The translations under genes and the position numbers were made by a program. Shown here in pieces: positions 29,342 to 39,790 of a DNA stretch of 64,000 bases. Under the pieces are notes generated by a model, which was not told where the DNA came from, searched no databases, and saw only the letters and a program-made list of their open reading frames with translations. Numbering within the stretch: position 1 is the stretch's first letter; every line of letters begins with the position of its first letter. This stretch comes from Octopus vulgaris. Lineage: Eukaryota. The stretch is from positions 102,858,001 through 102,922,000 of the forward strand of contig OX597819.1 of NCBI GenBank assembly GCA_951406725.2, in the 5' to 3' direction.

Positions 29342-31001
29342 GGTTTTTTCGGCTCTGTGTTTTTTGCTCTCTGTGAAATTCGGTAAAAAGAAAAAAGAAC
29401 AAAAAGTGAATGGTTGTTGGTGTAAAATTTTGAACATAGTTGATGAGGTTTCGCGTCTCACTGGTTCTGCGCGTTACACTTTTTCGGTTCGGGAGGCCGT
29501 TTTCGGCCGGAGGCGACTATGAGCCGCCTCCATGAAGCGGAGGAGATGGAAGGGAGAATTTACTCTGAAATTTCGACGGAAGTATCGACATCTGAGGAGG
29601 AGTTGGCGGTGAAAAAGATGGAAGGCACCTACGCAGGTGTAACGAAGAAGTCAACGGAAAGAGAGATAGACTTGGCTAAGTTGGCGGGCCTCCAGGAATT
29701 TGTGAAGGAGGACGAGAACGGTGAAGTTGAGCTGCTGCATCCAGTAGGGTGCGGAGACTGGTTCCATCGTAGAACCATTAAATATAAAGTATTTATGAAT
29801 GGAGGTAGAAAGATGGAAGTAATTAACATGGAAGCAATTGAAGAGGCTCTTAAGCAGACGGAGAGGAAATTGTGTACATGACGAAAAGGATTACAATACG
29901 GAACCATAACGGTGCAATTTAAAAGTGAAAAAGCAGCCAGGAATGTAGCAGCCAAGGTGGTGAGTACAGAAAAGATTTACTTGTTACCCTCGTATCTGAA
30001 TAGGCGGACAACTAGAATTAGGGTGGAGGGAATACCTCCACACCTAGAGGGCGAATTAATAACGGCTGCGGTTATAAAAGGAAATGAAGATAAAGGTGGA
30101 CATCCTCCACGCCATTATGAAGTATGAAGGCGTGAGAGGTGCCACACTAGTTATGAACATTCAAACGGAGGCGGATGTTATAGAGAAGATTACGGACAGC
30201 ATAAAGACTGGAAATATTATTATGAGAGTGTGGGTGGAGGGTAGGGCGCCCAGGTGCTACAAGTGTGGCCAAAGGGGTCACATAAGAGCCTACTGCCCTC
30301 CCCCACCAAAGGAAAAAGAAAAGGAAAGCGTTGAGGAAGCCTCGGGAGAGGAAGAAAATAAACAGAAACAAACAGAGAAGGAAACGACAGAAGAAGAGGA
30401 GATGCAACAAGAGTGGAAAGAAGCGGGAACAAAGAGAAAAAGAAGGAAAAAGAAAAACTGTGCGAAGCCCCAACCCACCCCGACACCACCCATACCCTTG
30501 GAGTCCCATCCTTCCCCTGCAAACAGTAATTCCACCCACTCCCCGCCTACAAGAAGAATAAAAACAGACACACAGAGCAAAGAAAGTCCCAAGACCCATT
30601 TTTTATTTGTTATACATGGGAGAGACGTACAAAACGTTAAAAAACTGGTGTTAACCAAGTGGTACGAACACGAAGATTGGAGCTACACGGCTGTGGATGG
30701 TGATGATACGGGTATATTGGCGACAAGGTTAGAGGAAGAGGGTGTGTGTTGGAAGTCAGTGGAAATGAAAGATGAATGGATAGAGAGGGCTAAAAGAAAA
30801 ACGAATGTTGTGATGGTTAAAACAGGAATACTAATTGAAAATGGGTGAAGAAGGACAGATAAGTGATGCTGGCGGATGGGGCCGTCGGTATCGCTCTCAT
30901 ATATCATTTTCATATTCCATTTTGCTCATATATATGTAATTGTGATGTTCCATGTCCCCATGTCTTGTAATGTCCCCCTCTTCGTTGGCCCCTTGTGGGT
31001 A

Positions 31002-31043
<42 letters not shown>
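29339..31043 (+). mobile_element. ORF1-only non-LTR element A (HAL1-like), poly(A)-tailed
   Basis: 5' UTR homologous to B/C (TTTTTTCGGCT...GAAATTCGGTAAAAA...GCGCGTTACACTTTTTC), then ORF1, short 3' UTR, GCCCCTTGTGGGTAATAAA and a ~39-nt poly(A); no ORF2. Confidence 0.85.
29519..30848 (+). pseudogene. ORF1 (RRM-like region plus CCHC zinc knuckle) of element A, broken by homopolymer indels
   Basis: YGTITVQFKSEKAA, LLPSYLNRRTTRIRVEGIPP, VWVEGRAPRCYKCGQRGHIRAYC. Frame breaks near 29870-29890 and 30092 fall in A-runs. Confidence 0.85.
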
Positions 31044-31045
<2 letters not shown>

Positions 31046-32775
31046 CGTTTTTTTTTCGGCTCCTGAAATTCGGTAAAAAAGAACAAAAAGCGTTGTTGTT
31101 GTTGTGGAAATTCTGAACGGCGTTGACGCGGTTTCGCGTTTCGCTCGTTCAGCGCGTTACACTTTTTCTGTTTTGGCGGCCGTTTTCGGTCTGTCAGACA
31201 GAAGGAAATGGACTATGAGTCTTTGACAGACTTGTCCACGACAGATGAGGAACTGGAACAGGCAATTGCAATGAAGCTGATGGAAGAAAGGGCTGGAGTT
31301 TTCGAGTCTTTATCAGACTTGCCTACGTCTGAGAAGGAGCTAGAAACGGCAGCAAGGGAATTGGAAGAGAAGCTGGGTTATACCTATGCCGGTGTAACCA
31401 GGAAGGCGGAAGAGAAAGGGGTCGACATGGCCAAGTTGCCAAGTTACCAGAAATACATGAAAAAGGAAAGCGGTGAGGTGGAACTATCACCGACACCCAG
31501 GAGAAAAGAATGGTATGACAAGAGGACCATTGTTTACAGGGTGTGCGCAAACGAAAGGAAGAGGGTAGAAGTTGTATCCATGGAATGGATAGAGGAAGCC
31601 CTGCGAAGAACTGAGGAGGAAATAAATTTTCTGACTCGAGGATCCAAGTACGGGACCGTAGTTGTGCACTTTAAAAGTGAATCTGCAGCGAGGAAGATGG
31701 CAGCGAAGGCGGTGAAGTCGGAAAAGGTAACACTGTTACCTACGTATTTAAACAGGAGGATTACACGAATAAGGGTGGAGGGAGTGCCACCAAACGTGGA
31801 GGCAGAATGGATTGTGGCGGCTGTGATCAGCGGCCACGAGGACGAAGTGGATATTCTCCATGCCTCGGTTAAGTCCGAGGGCTGGAGAGGCGTAACAGTG
31901 GAGCTGAACGTACAGGCAGAGACCGAGGTACTGGTGGACCTGACGGAAAGCATCAGACTGGGAGAAGTGATCATGAGAGTGTGGGTGGAGGGCAGGGCTC
32001 CACGTTGTTACAAGTGTGGCCTGAGGGGTCACATAAGAGCCTTCTGCCCTCCCCAGGGAAAGAAATGGATCCCGAACCAGAGAGAGAGAAGCAGAAACCA
32101 GAGGAGAAGGAAACAGAGGAAGAGAATACACAGAAATGGAAGGAAGCTGGAAGTAAGAGGAAGAGAAGAATATGTGGAAAAAAGAAAATAATATGGAACT
32201 CCAATCTACCCCAAAACCTCCCACATCCTCTGAGTCCCACCCTATCCATGCAGACATTGAACCCACCCGCTCCCCCCAACAAGAAAACAAAAGAAAAAAA
32301 AGAATGCACACACACAAGAGATTGAAATCGAACCCAGGCCGTACATTTGTACTATGACTGAACAGAAAGAAGTTAAAAGTCTAATGGAAGAGTATAAATG
32401 GTATGATGTTGGAGAGACTAGGTATGCTGTGATTGAAAAGAAGAACATAGGAGAGTTTATGGGGAGGTGTGAAAGGGAGAATTGGGAGGTGAAAGATATA
32501 AGAATGAGCGATGAATTCGTGGAAAATATGAATGAGTATTTCGGAGTAAGAATGGATATGGAATTTATTCGTATTGGCAAAGAACATTCAAGTGACTATG
32601 AAAAACAAAGGACAGGTAAGTGATGCTGACGGACGGGGCCGTTGGTATCGCTTTCATTTTATCATTTTTTTCGTTTAACACTTCATGTTCACATAGTTTA
32701 ATTATAATGTTCTATGTCCCCATGTTTTGTTATGTCCGCCGTTCTTCGTAGCCCCTTAGTGGGTAATAAAGAAAT
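31044..32775 (+). mobile_element. ORF1-only non-LTR element B (HAL1-like)
   Basis: Begins immediately after the poly(A) of A; ends GCCCCTTAGTGGGTAATAAAGAAAT; no ORF2. Confidence 0.9.
31208..32623 (+). CDS. ORF1 (RRM-like region plus CCHC zinc knuckle) of element B; frameshifts after the knuckle
   Basis: RGSKYGTVVVHFKSE and CYKCGLRGHIRAFC. Homology continues in the -1 frame from ~32056 and ends RTGK* at 32623. Three extra 1-nt homopolymer deletions relative to C. Confidence 0.8.
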
Positions 32776-34509
32776 ACGTGTTTTTTTTCGGCTCCTGAAA
32801 TTCGGTAAAAAAGAACAAAAAGCGTTGTTGTTGTTGTGGAAATTCTGAACGGCGTTGACGCGGTTTCGCGTTTCGCTCGTTCAGCGCGTTACACTTTTTC
32901 TGTTTTGGCGGCCGTTCTCGGTCTGTCAGACAGAAGGAAATGGACTATGAGTCTCTAACAGACTTGTCCACGACAGATGAGGAACTGGAACAGGCAATTG
33001 CAATGAAGCTGATGGAAGAAAAGGCTGGAATTTTCGAGTCTTTATCAGACCTGCCTACGTCTGAGAAAGAGCTAGAAATGGCAGCAAGGAATTTGGAAGA
33101 GAAGCTGGGTTATACCTATGCCGGTGTAACCAAGAAGGCGGAAGAGAAAGGGGTAGACATGGCCAAGTTGCCAAGTTACCAGAAATACATGAAAAAGGAA
33201 AGCGGTGAGGTGGAACTATCACCGACACCCAGGAGAAAGGAATGGTATGATAAGAGGACCATTATTTACAGGGTGTTCGCAAACGAAAGGAAGAGGGTAG
33301 AAGTTGTAACCATGGAATGGATAGAGGAGGCCCTGCGAAGAACTGAGGAGGAAATAAATTTTCTGACTCGAGGATCCAAGTACGGTACCGTAGTTGTGCA
33401 TTTCAAAACTGAGTCTGCAGCGAGGAAGATGGCGGCGAAGGCGGTGAAGTCAGAAAAGGTAACCCTATTACCTACGTATTTAAACAGGAGGATTACACGA
33501 ATAAGGGTGGAGGGAGTGCCACCAAACGTGGAGGCAGAATGGATTGTGGCGGCTGTGATCAGCGGCCACGAGGACGAAGTGGATATTCTCCATGCCTCGG
33601 TTAAGTCCGAGGGCTGGAGAGGCGTAACGGTGGAGCTGAACGTACAGGCAGAGACCGAGGTACTGGTGGACCTGACGGAAAGCATCAGACTGGGAGACGT
33701 GATCATGAGAGTGTGGGTGGAGGGCAGGGCTCCACGTTGTTACAAGTGTGGCCTGAGGGGTCACATAAGAGCCTTCTGCCCTCCCCAGGGAAAGAAATGG
33801 ATTCCGAACCAGAGAGAGAGAAGCAGAAACCAGAGGAGAAGGAAACAGAGGAAGAGAATACACAGAAATGGAAGGAAGCTGGAAGTAAGAGGAAGAGAAG
33901 AATACGTGGAAAAAAAGAAAATAATATGGAACTCCAATCTACCCCAAAACCACCCACACCCTCTGAGTCCCACCCTATCCATGCAGACATTGAACCCACC
34001 CGCTCCCCCCCAACAAGAAAACAAAAGAAAAAAAAGAATACACACACACAAGAGATTGAAATCGAACCCAGGCCGTACATTTGTACTATGACTGAACAGA
34101 AAGAAGTTAAAAGTCTAATGGAAGAGTATAAATGGTATGATGTTGGAGAGACTAGGTATGCTGTGATTGAAAAGAAGAACATAGGTGAGTTTATGGGGAG
34201 GTGTGAAAGGGAGAATTGGGAGGTGAAAGATATAAGAATGAGCGATGAATTCGTGGAAAATATGGATGAGTATTTCGGAGTAAGAATGGATATGGAATTT
34301 ATTCGTATTGACAAAGAACATTCAAGTGACTATGAAAAACAAAGGACAGGTAAGTGATGCTGACGGACGGGGCCGTTGGTATCGCTTTCATTTTATCATT
34401 TTTTTCGTTTAACAATTCATTTTCATAAAGTTTAATTATAATGTTCTATGTCCCCATGTTTTGTTATGTCCGCCATTCTTCGTAGCCCCTTAGTGGGTAA
34501 TAAAGAAAT
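32776..34509 (+). mobile_element. ORF1-only non-LTR element C (close relative of B)
   Basis: Collinear with B end to end with scattered substitutions; same 3' tail. Confidence 0.9.
32940..34357 (+). CDS. ORF1 of element C; single -1 frameshift at ~33788
   Basis: ORFs 32940-34091 and 33713-34357 join at CCCCAGGGAAAG to give a protein collinear with element A ORF1. Confidence 0.8.
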
Positions 34510-34736
34510 CACATGGAGGAAATCAATTTATTGCGTTATTAGTAAGTTGATATATATTTTTGCTCTCATACTACTTATCTCTGTTATTATATACTGTTGG
34601 TCTACCTTTTTTTGTCCATTGTTGTCTAACGGACGAAGTCAACCTTCGCGCGAAGACTTCGCGTTGGTGTTCCCCCTCAGTGGGGGAAAACTACAATCAA
34701 TTTAGATTACCAAAGGCTTGTTAAAGCCATTTGTTC

Positions 34737-36141
34737 ATGATGGAGTCCCCCATCACTTATTCGCCCGTGACGAGCGAGGATGAATACCCGGCGTTGTCGC
34801 CAAGTAAAAAAGAGGCGTTGTCGCCAAGAAAAAAAGAGGCGTTGTCGCCAAGAAAAAAAGAGGCGCTGTCGCCGAAGAAAAAAGAGGCGGCGTCGCCCAA
34901 GAAAATGGTAAAACCAGTACCAGCATCAACTCCAGCAAAAAAATTTGCTGAAGTGGCTGGGAAGAAAATTAAAAAAATTAACGTGGACAACCTGGGAAAA
35001 CATGCGGACTGTGTGTCAAAAGAGGGCACGGAAGTAACCGTGGCTTCAAACGCCCAAATACAGGAGGATATTTCGAATAGGAGAATAATCTATAAGACAT
35101 TCAGTATAACAAACAGAGCAATCCAAAAAATAGAGGAGAAAAAGATTGAAAACTGCTTAAAGCCAATAATGGATAAAATTACGTATATCAATCGAGGGAA
35201 GAAATACGGCACAGTGGAGGTGAGATTCACGTCAGAGGAGGTAGCGAAGAAGCTATCCATGGAACCCATAAAAGCGGAGGATATTGTTCTCCTACCCCTG
35301 TATAAAGGCAAGAGAACTTCCAAAATCACTATGAACAACATCCCGCCAGAAGCGGATGCCGAAGTCCTAGTGGCAGCAGTTATGGTAGGCCTGGAGGAAA
35401 AAATAAACATCCTCCAGGCCACCGTAGAAGAAGAAGAATTCTGGAAAGGGCAAAAGATAATAATAGCCATACAAGCAGAAGTACAAACCCTGGAAGAGAT
35501 CCCAGAGACTCTAAGGATAAGCGAAGATGAAAGAGTCACAGTCTTCGTAGAGGGCAGAAAGCCGAGGTGCTTCGGCTGCGGTAAGAAGGGGCATGTAAGG
35601 GCGGAATGCCAGCCCCAACCCAAACCGCAGGAAGCACCTAAGCCAAAAGGAAAAGAAGACAATGTGTCACCAGAAGCAGCGTCAGACGGCCCAGAAGGGA
35701 AGACTGAAGGTGTGGAGGTGATGGTAACAGCAGAACCAGCGGCGGGGAAAAAAAAGAGCGAGGAAAAGATAAGTGAGGAGGGGTGGGCAAAAATTATCGG
35801 AAAAAAAAAAGAAAAACGGAAACCACCCCTCCCAGAGTAATTTTAAAAAAGAAAAAAGAGTCAATGAACTCATATATGGCCGTAAAAGCATCAAATAGCA
35901 GACTCGGAAACGTGTTGGCAGCCATGGCCAATGTGAAGAGAGTAGAGAAAAAAATGACTTTGTAATTTACAAAATAGACCGGAAGGATTACGGGCGGATA
36001 AAGTCAGAATTCTTCCATGACGTAGGCCCACTTAGGTTGGATGTAACATCTCCACATATATTCGAGGGCCTACGTCAGACTCCCCCACGAGGCCCAGAAA
36101 AAGAGAAGGAAGAAGAAGAAAAAACCGAACCACTGATATAA
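34737..36141 (+). CDS. ORF1 of element D (SPxK repeats, RRM-like region, CCHC knuckle); two A-run frameshifts in the C-terminal part
   Basis: YINRGKKYGTVEVRF and VFVEGRKPRCFGCGKKGHVRAEC. Reading continues via shifts at ~35810 and ~35950 to TAA at 36139-36141, 9 nt before ORF2. Confidence 0.8.
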
Positions 36142-36150
36142 AGGTAAGTA

Positions 36151-39100
36151 ATGGATTACATTTATGTTGGTTGTTTAAATGTGCGCGGCCTGGGAGCAGG
36201 CTGGAAGCAAGGTCGCTTCCTGCATGATATCAGGTCGCGTAATTTAGATGTTATTGTTGCTACAGAAATCCGGCTAGAGGGGCCAAGAGGTCTACTCCCG
36301 CTGTTTGACGGCTACGAGAGTTTTTTCTCTCCTGGCAGTCCTACAGGCGGGAGTGGGGTGTTGGTCCTATTAAAAAGAAACCGGGTTTCTGAGAAAAAGT
36401 TAATTTTTGCAGATCCAGAAGGTAGGCTGGTCGTCATGGATTTGACGTTCAGTAATGGTAAAGTTATCAGACTGGTTGCAATTTACGCACCCAACCATAC
36501 AGGGCAAAGTGATTATTTTCGTGAACTAGAAAACTTTCTTGGTACTTCGCATTCATTAGTGGTGCTAGGAGACTTTAACACAATTTGCAAAGCGGATGTA
36601 GATTATGTTGGCTCGTGTCCAGATAGAAAAGGCAACAGTGGCTTCATGGAACTGCTAAGCCGCTTTGAGCTAGCAGATCCTTATAGGCTGGAATTTCCGA
36701 ACGCTCCATTGTGGACATGGTCAAACAGCGACGGATCTTCCAGGTCATATCTAGATAGAATACTAATTAGAAAAGTAGACAGTAAAATAGCTAAGTGTCC
36801 ACAGTTTTACCCGATCAGCTACAGTGATCATAAAATGGTCACTTGTAAGCTTGACATAGATAAGGTTAAAAATAGAGGATCCGGTTACTGGAAACTTAAT
36901 ACGTCCCTTTTGGCGATTAAGGAGTACAAAGACCGGATTAGGAATATAATTCAGAGGGCACTATCTGGTACCATCATTAATAACAAATGGTGGTACGCCC
37001 TCAAACGAGCCATCATGTTTGAGTCTATTAGATATAGCATAGGAGTAGTGGCTAGAGAGGCTAGAAGGGAAACTACTCTAGTTAAGGAATTAGAGGAAGC
37101 CATGAAAACTGGCTCTGCGACTCAGGTGGCGGCCAAGAGACTGGTGTTAAACCAGCACCTCGAGGCCAAACACATGGGCTGCATTGTCAGGGCTAGAATC
37201 CGTCATATGGGATGTGAAGGAATCAACGCCGTGAGATGGGCCCGAGTGGTGGAAGCTCAGCATGGTAACGATGCCACGATTCGATCTTTGACGAACCAAC
37301 AAGGTGAGTTGATAAACGAACCCGAGGAGATGTGTGAGGCCTTTCAGGAGCACTTCGCTCAGCTTTTCGGTGAGTGCGGCGGACTGGATAGGAGGAGGGC
37401 CTTTACGGACCTACTCGACGGTCTGCCGCGCTTATCGGGGCGAGATGCGGAGGGCTGTGAAGGGCCAATCACGCCTGAGGAGGTGGTTGAGGCAATGGCG
37501 GACTGCGGCGCGGGCAAGGCGCCGGGTTTGGATGGTCTACCCTATGAGTTATATAAGAGTATGCCAGACTTGTTCGGGCACCTACTGGCGGAGGTCTACG
37601 CGAACTGGCAGCAGAACGGGCTTATACCCAGATCTGTGCGCCGGGGAGTAGTGACTCTCGTCAGAAAGGACCCGAGCAAGGGGGAGTGCATTGATAATTT
37701 CAGGCCCATCACTCTGCTAAACACAGAGTTGAAGATTTTGGCCAAAGTGTTATCGAAAAGATTGGCGCGTGTCGCGGATGGTCTGATCGGAGGGGCACAG
37801 ACATGTGCCGTTCCGGGCAGATCCATTCAGGATAATCTCCATCTAATGCGGTACACTATAGAGGGGTTTAATAGTGATTCTGGCAAGGGTGGGGCACTGG
37901 TCCATTTAGACCAATCTAAAGCTTTTGATAGGGTCGACCATCGTTACCTGGTATCTGCCCTGGCACAGTTCGGGCTGGGCCTTGGATTCCTCAGGTGGAT
38001 TATCGAAATTTATGATAACATCGACTCGGTAGTTCGGGTGAACGGCTTCTTGTCGAAGCCGTTCAAAATCAAACGCTCGGTTCGTCAAGGGTGTCCGCTC
38101 TCCCCGCTTTTGTACGTGATGGCTCTTGAGCCATTACTGCGAAAACTGAGCGGCATCCCGAGACAGCCAGGTAATGGAAAATCAGTGTCAGCGTACGCGG
38201 ATGAAATCACCATCATCGTAACCGAAATGGACCACCTATGTAAAGTAGGCAAGGCCATAGAGGTGTACGAGACGGTGACAGGAGCAAAAGTTAATCGCGA
38301 AAAGTCAGTCGGCTTGCAACTCGGCACCTGGAGAGGCAAGTCGATGCCTCCTGACAGCGTCGTGGGACGTTGGACGGAGGGTCCGATTAAACTGCTAGGG
38401 GTCTGGTTCGGTCCAGACCTCCAAATAGAGAAGAATTGGGGCGAGGTAACGAGCAAGGTGGCTGCAGTAGCCAAGACCTGGTCTTGGCGGTGGCTATCCC
38501 TGAAAGGGAGGGCGGAGGTGGCCAATGTGTTTATCGCATCGGTTATCACCTACCGCCTTTCCGTCGTTCCTTGCCCTGATTCGTGGTTGATCAAGTTGGA
38601 AAGACAGCTCTTCTACTTCTTGTGGAAGGGCGGGAAACCACTTGTGAAACGCTCTACTTGCTGTCAACAACCGTTAAAGGGTGGGCTAGGGATGCCTTGG
38701 CTGATGATGCGCAGACATGCGCTGAGGTTAAGACATCTGTGGCTCTACCTGGATGGTGAACGGGTGTGGTCTTCGCTAGCAAAACTGATGTTTCCCAAGT
38801 TCACTAGTTTCGGTGGATGGGAAACCTGGCTGAATCGTAGATCGAAACTTGGTACTTGGTACACGGAGTGTCGCAAGGCTCTCCTGCTATTCCGTCGCTC
38901 GGGCAACGCCTGCGGTGGGGGTTCCACCACATTCTTCTATAGAGGGTTGGTAGAGGCGGAATGTGAAGATACCTTGGGGGAAACCCTAGGTCTCGACGAT
39001 AATCAGCTGGCCAGTCTGTTCCGACGTACGTTCGAGCCAAGGACACTGGACAACTTCCAGAAGTCTCTGGCATGGCAATGCTACAGAGGAGCTCTACCTG

Positions 39101-39546
39101 TTCGGGATAAACTCGCAAGGCACGGTGGCCAAGACAGTCCGATATGTCCAAGATGCGGGCGGGATAGGGAAACCGTCCCGCACGCGATTGTTCATTGTCC
39201 GGACGTGTCTGAGGTGTGGGTTTATGCCGAACACCTGTTGTCAGGTACACGAAGAGTACAGCTGTCGACTGAGTCGATTACAAAAATTGACCCACCGGAT
39301 TTCCTCGTGAATGAAGGTAAGTTTCGTTTTCTCGTTGTAGTAGCAATCGCGAAAGAGGTGATATGGAAGACGAGAATGAAAGGTTTACAGTCAGGCAAGT
39401 TCATCTCCGGCCCTGGTTTGATGAATTATTTCATCTTTCACCTGAAAAGGAAGATAGGGCTGGAGAGAATATGCCTGACTAGGAGAGCGTATGAAGAACG
39501 ATGGAAGGATGTAGCACGGAAGTTGCGAATGAAAGTTACAACATAA
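36151..39546 (+). CDS. ORF2: apurinic-like endonuclease + reverse transcriptase + C-terminal CCHC (1131 aa)
   Basis: EN motifs LNVRG, ATE, IYAP, GDFN, LDRI, SDH; GSGYWKLN linker; RT motifs KAPGLDG, FRPITLLN, LDQSKAFDRV, RQGCPLSP, YADE; C-terminal CPRC..ETVPHAIVHC. Uninterrupted ORF. Confidence 0.97.
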   Translation: MDYIYVGCLNVRGLGAGWKQGRFLHDIRSRNLDVIVATEIRLEGPRGLLPLFDGYESFFSPGSPTGGSGVLVLLKRNRVSEKKLIFADPEGRLVVMDLTFSNGKVIRLVAIYAPNHTGQSDYFRELENFLGTSHSLVVLGDFNTICKADVDYVGSCPDRKGNSGFMELLSRFELADPYRLEFPNAPLWTWSNSDGSSRSYLDRILIRKVDSKIAKCPQFYPISYSDHKMVTCKLDIDKVKNRGSGYWKLNTSLLAIKEYKDRIRNIIQRALSGTIINNKWWYALKRAIMFESIRYSIGVVAREARRETTLVKELEEAMKTGSATQVAAKRLVLNQHLEAKHMGCIVRARIRHMGCEGINAVRWARVVEAQHGNDATIRSLTNQQGELINEPEEMCEAFQEHFAQLFGECGGLDRRRAFTDLLDGLPRLSGRDAEGCEGPITPEEVVEAMADCGAGKAPGLDGLPYELYKSMPDLFGHLLAEVYANWQQNGLIPRSVRRGVVTLVRKDPSKGECIDNFRPITLLNTELKILAKVLSKRLARVADGLIGGAQTCAVPGRSIQDNLHLMRYTIEGFNSDSGKGGALVHLDQSKAFDRVDHRYLVSALAQFGLGLGFLRWIIEIYDNIDSVVRVNGFLSKPFKIKRSVRQGCPLSPLLYVMALEPLLRKLSGIPRQPGNGKSVSAYADEITIIVTEMDHLCKVGKAIEVYETVTGAKVNREKSVGLQLGTWRGKSMPPDSVVGRWTEGPIKLLGVWFGPDLQIEKNWGEVTSKVAAVAKTWSWRWLSLKGRAEVANVFIASVITYRLSVVPCPDSWLIKLERQLFYFLWKGGKPLVKRSTCCQQPLKGGLGMPWLMMRRHALRLRHLWLYLDGERVWSSLAKLMFPKFTSFGGWETWLNRRSKLGTWYTECRKALLLFRRSGNACGGGSTTFFYRGLVEAECEDTLGETLGLDDNQLASLFRRTFEPRTLDNFQKSLAWQCYRGALPVRDKLARHGGQDSPICPRCGRDRETVPHAIVHCPDVSEVWVYAEHLLSGTRRVQLSTESITKIDPPDFLVNEGKFRFLVVVAIAKEVIWKTRMKGLQSGKFISGPGLMNYFIFHLKRKIGLERICLTRRAYEERWKDVARKLRMKVTT

Positions 39547-39790
39547 ATGTAATACCAAGTGCAACCAAAAGTATCAGTGGGGAGGCGGGGCTCGTGGGGT
39601 CCGAGCTAAACCCGCACCCACTCCACCCGTAATGTCTTCCGGTCTGTCCTATCACTCGATTTCTGTCCATTTATTGTTATTCATGAAAATTTTTAAACCC
39701 GATTTATTGTAAAAACCCATTCGTTTGTCTGACCCCATCATCAGATTGTATTGTCCCATCTGTGTTCGCCCCTTGTGGGTAATAATAAAA

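Larger units (their letters stand above)
34523..39790 (+). mobile_element. Full-length L1/Tx1-type non-LTR retrotransposon (element D) with 12-bp TSD
   Basis: 5' UTR, ORF1, ORF2 and a 3' UTR ending GCCCCTTGTGGGTAATAATAAAA. Flanked by ACATGGAGGAAA at 34511-34522 and 39793-39804. Confidence 0.93.

Noticed and set aside
31044-34509. B and C as a pure assembly duplication
   Set aside because: They differ by dozens of substitutions biased to synonymous sites, which sequencing error would not produce.
29519-35840. Tandem host gene family of zinc-knuckle proteins or LTR-retrotransposon gag genes
   Set aside because: Intronless units with retro-type 3' tails and poly(A), homologous to the ORF1 of the adjacent APE-RT LINE; no LTRs, protease or integrase.
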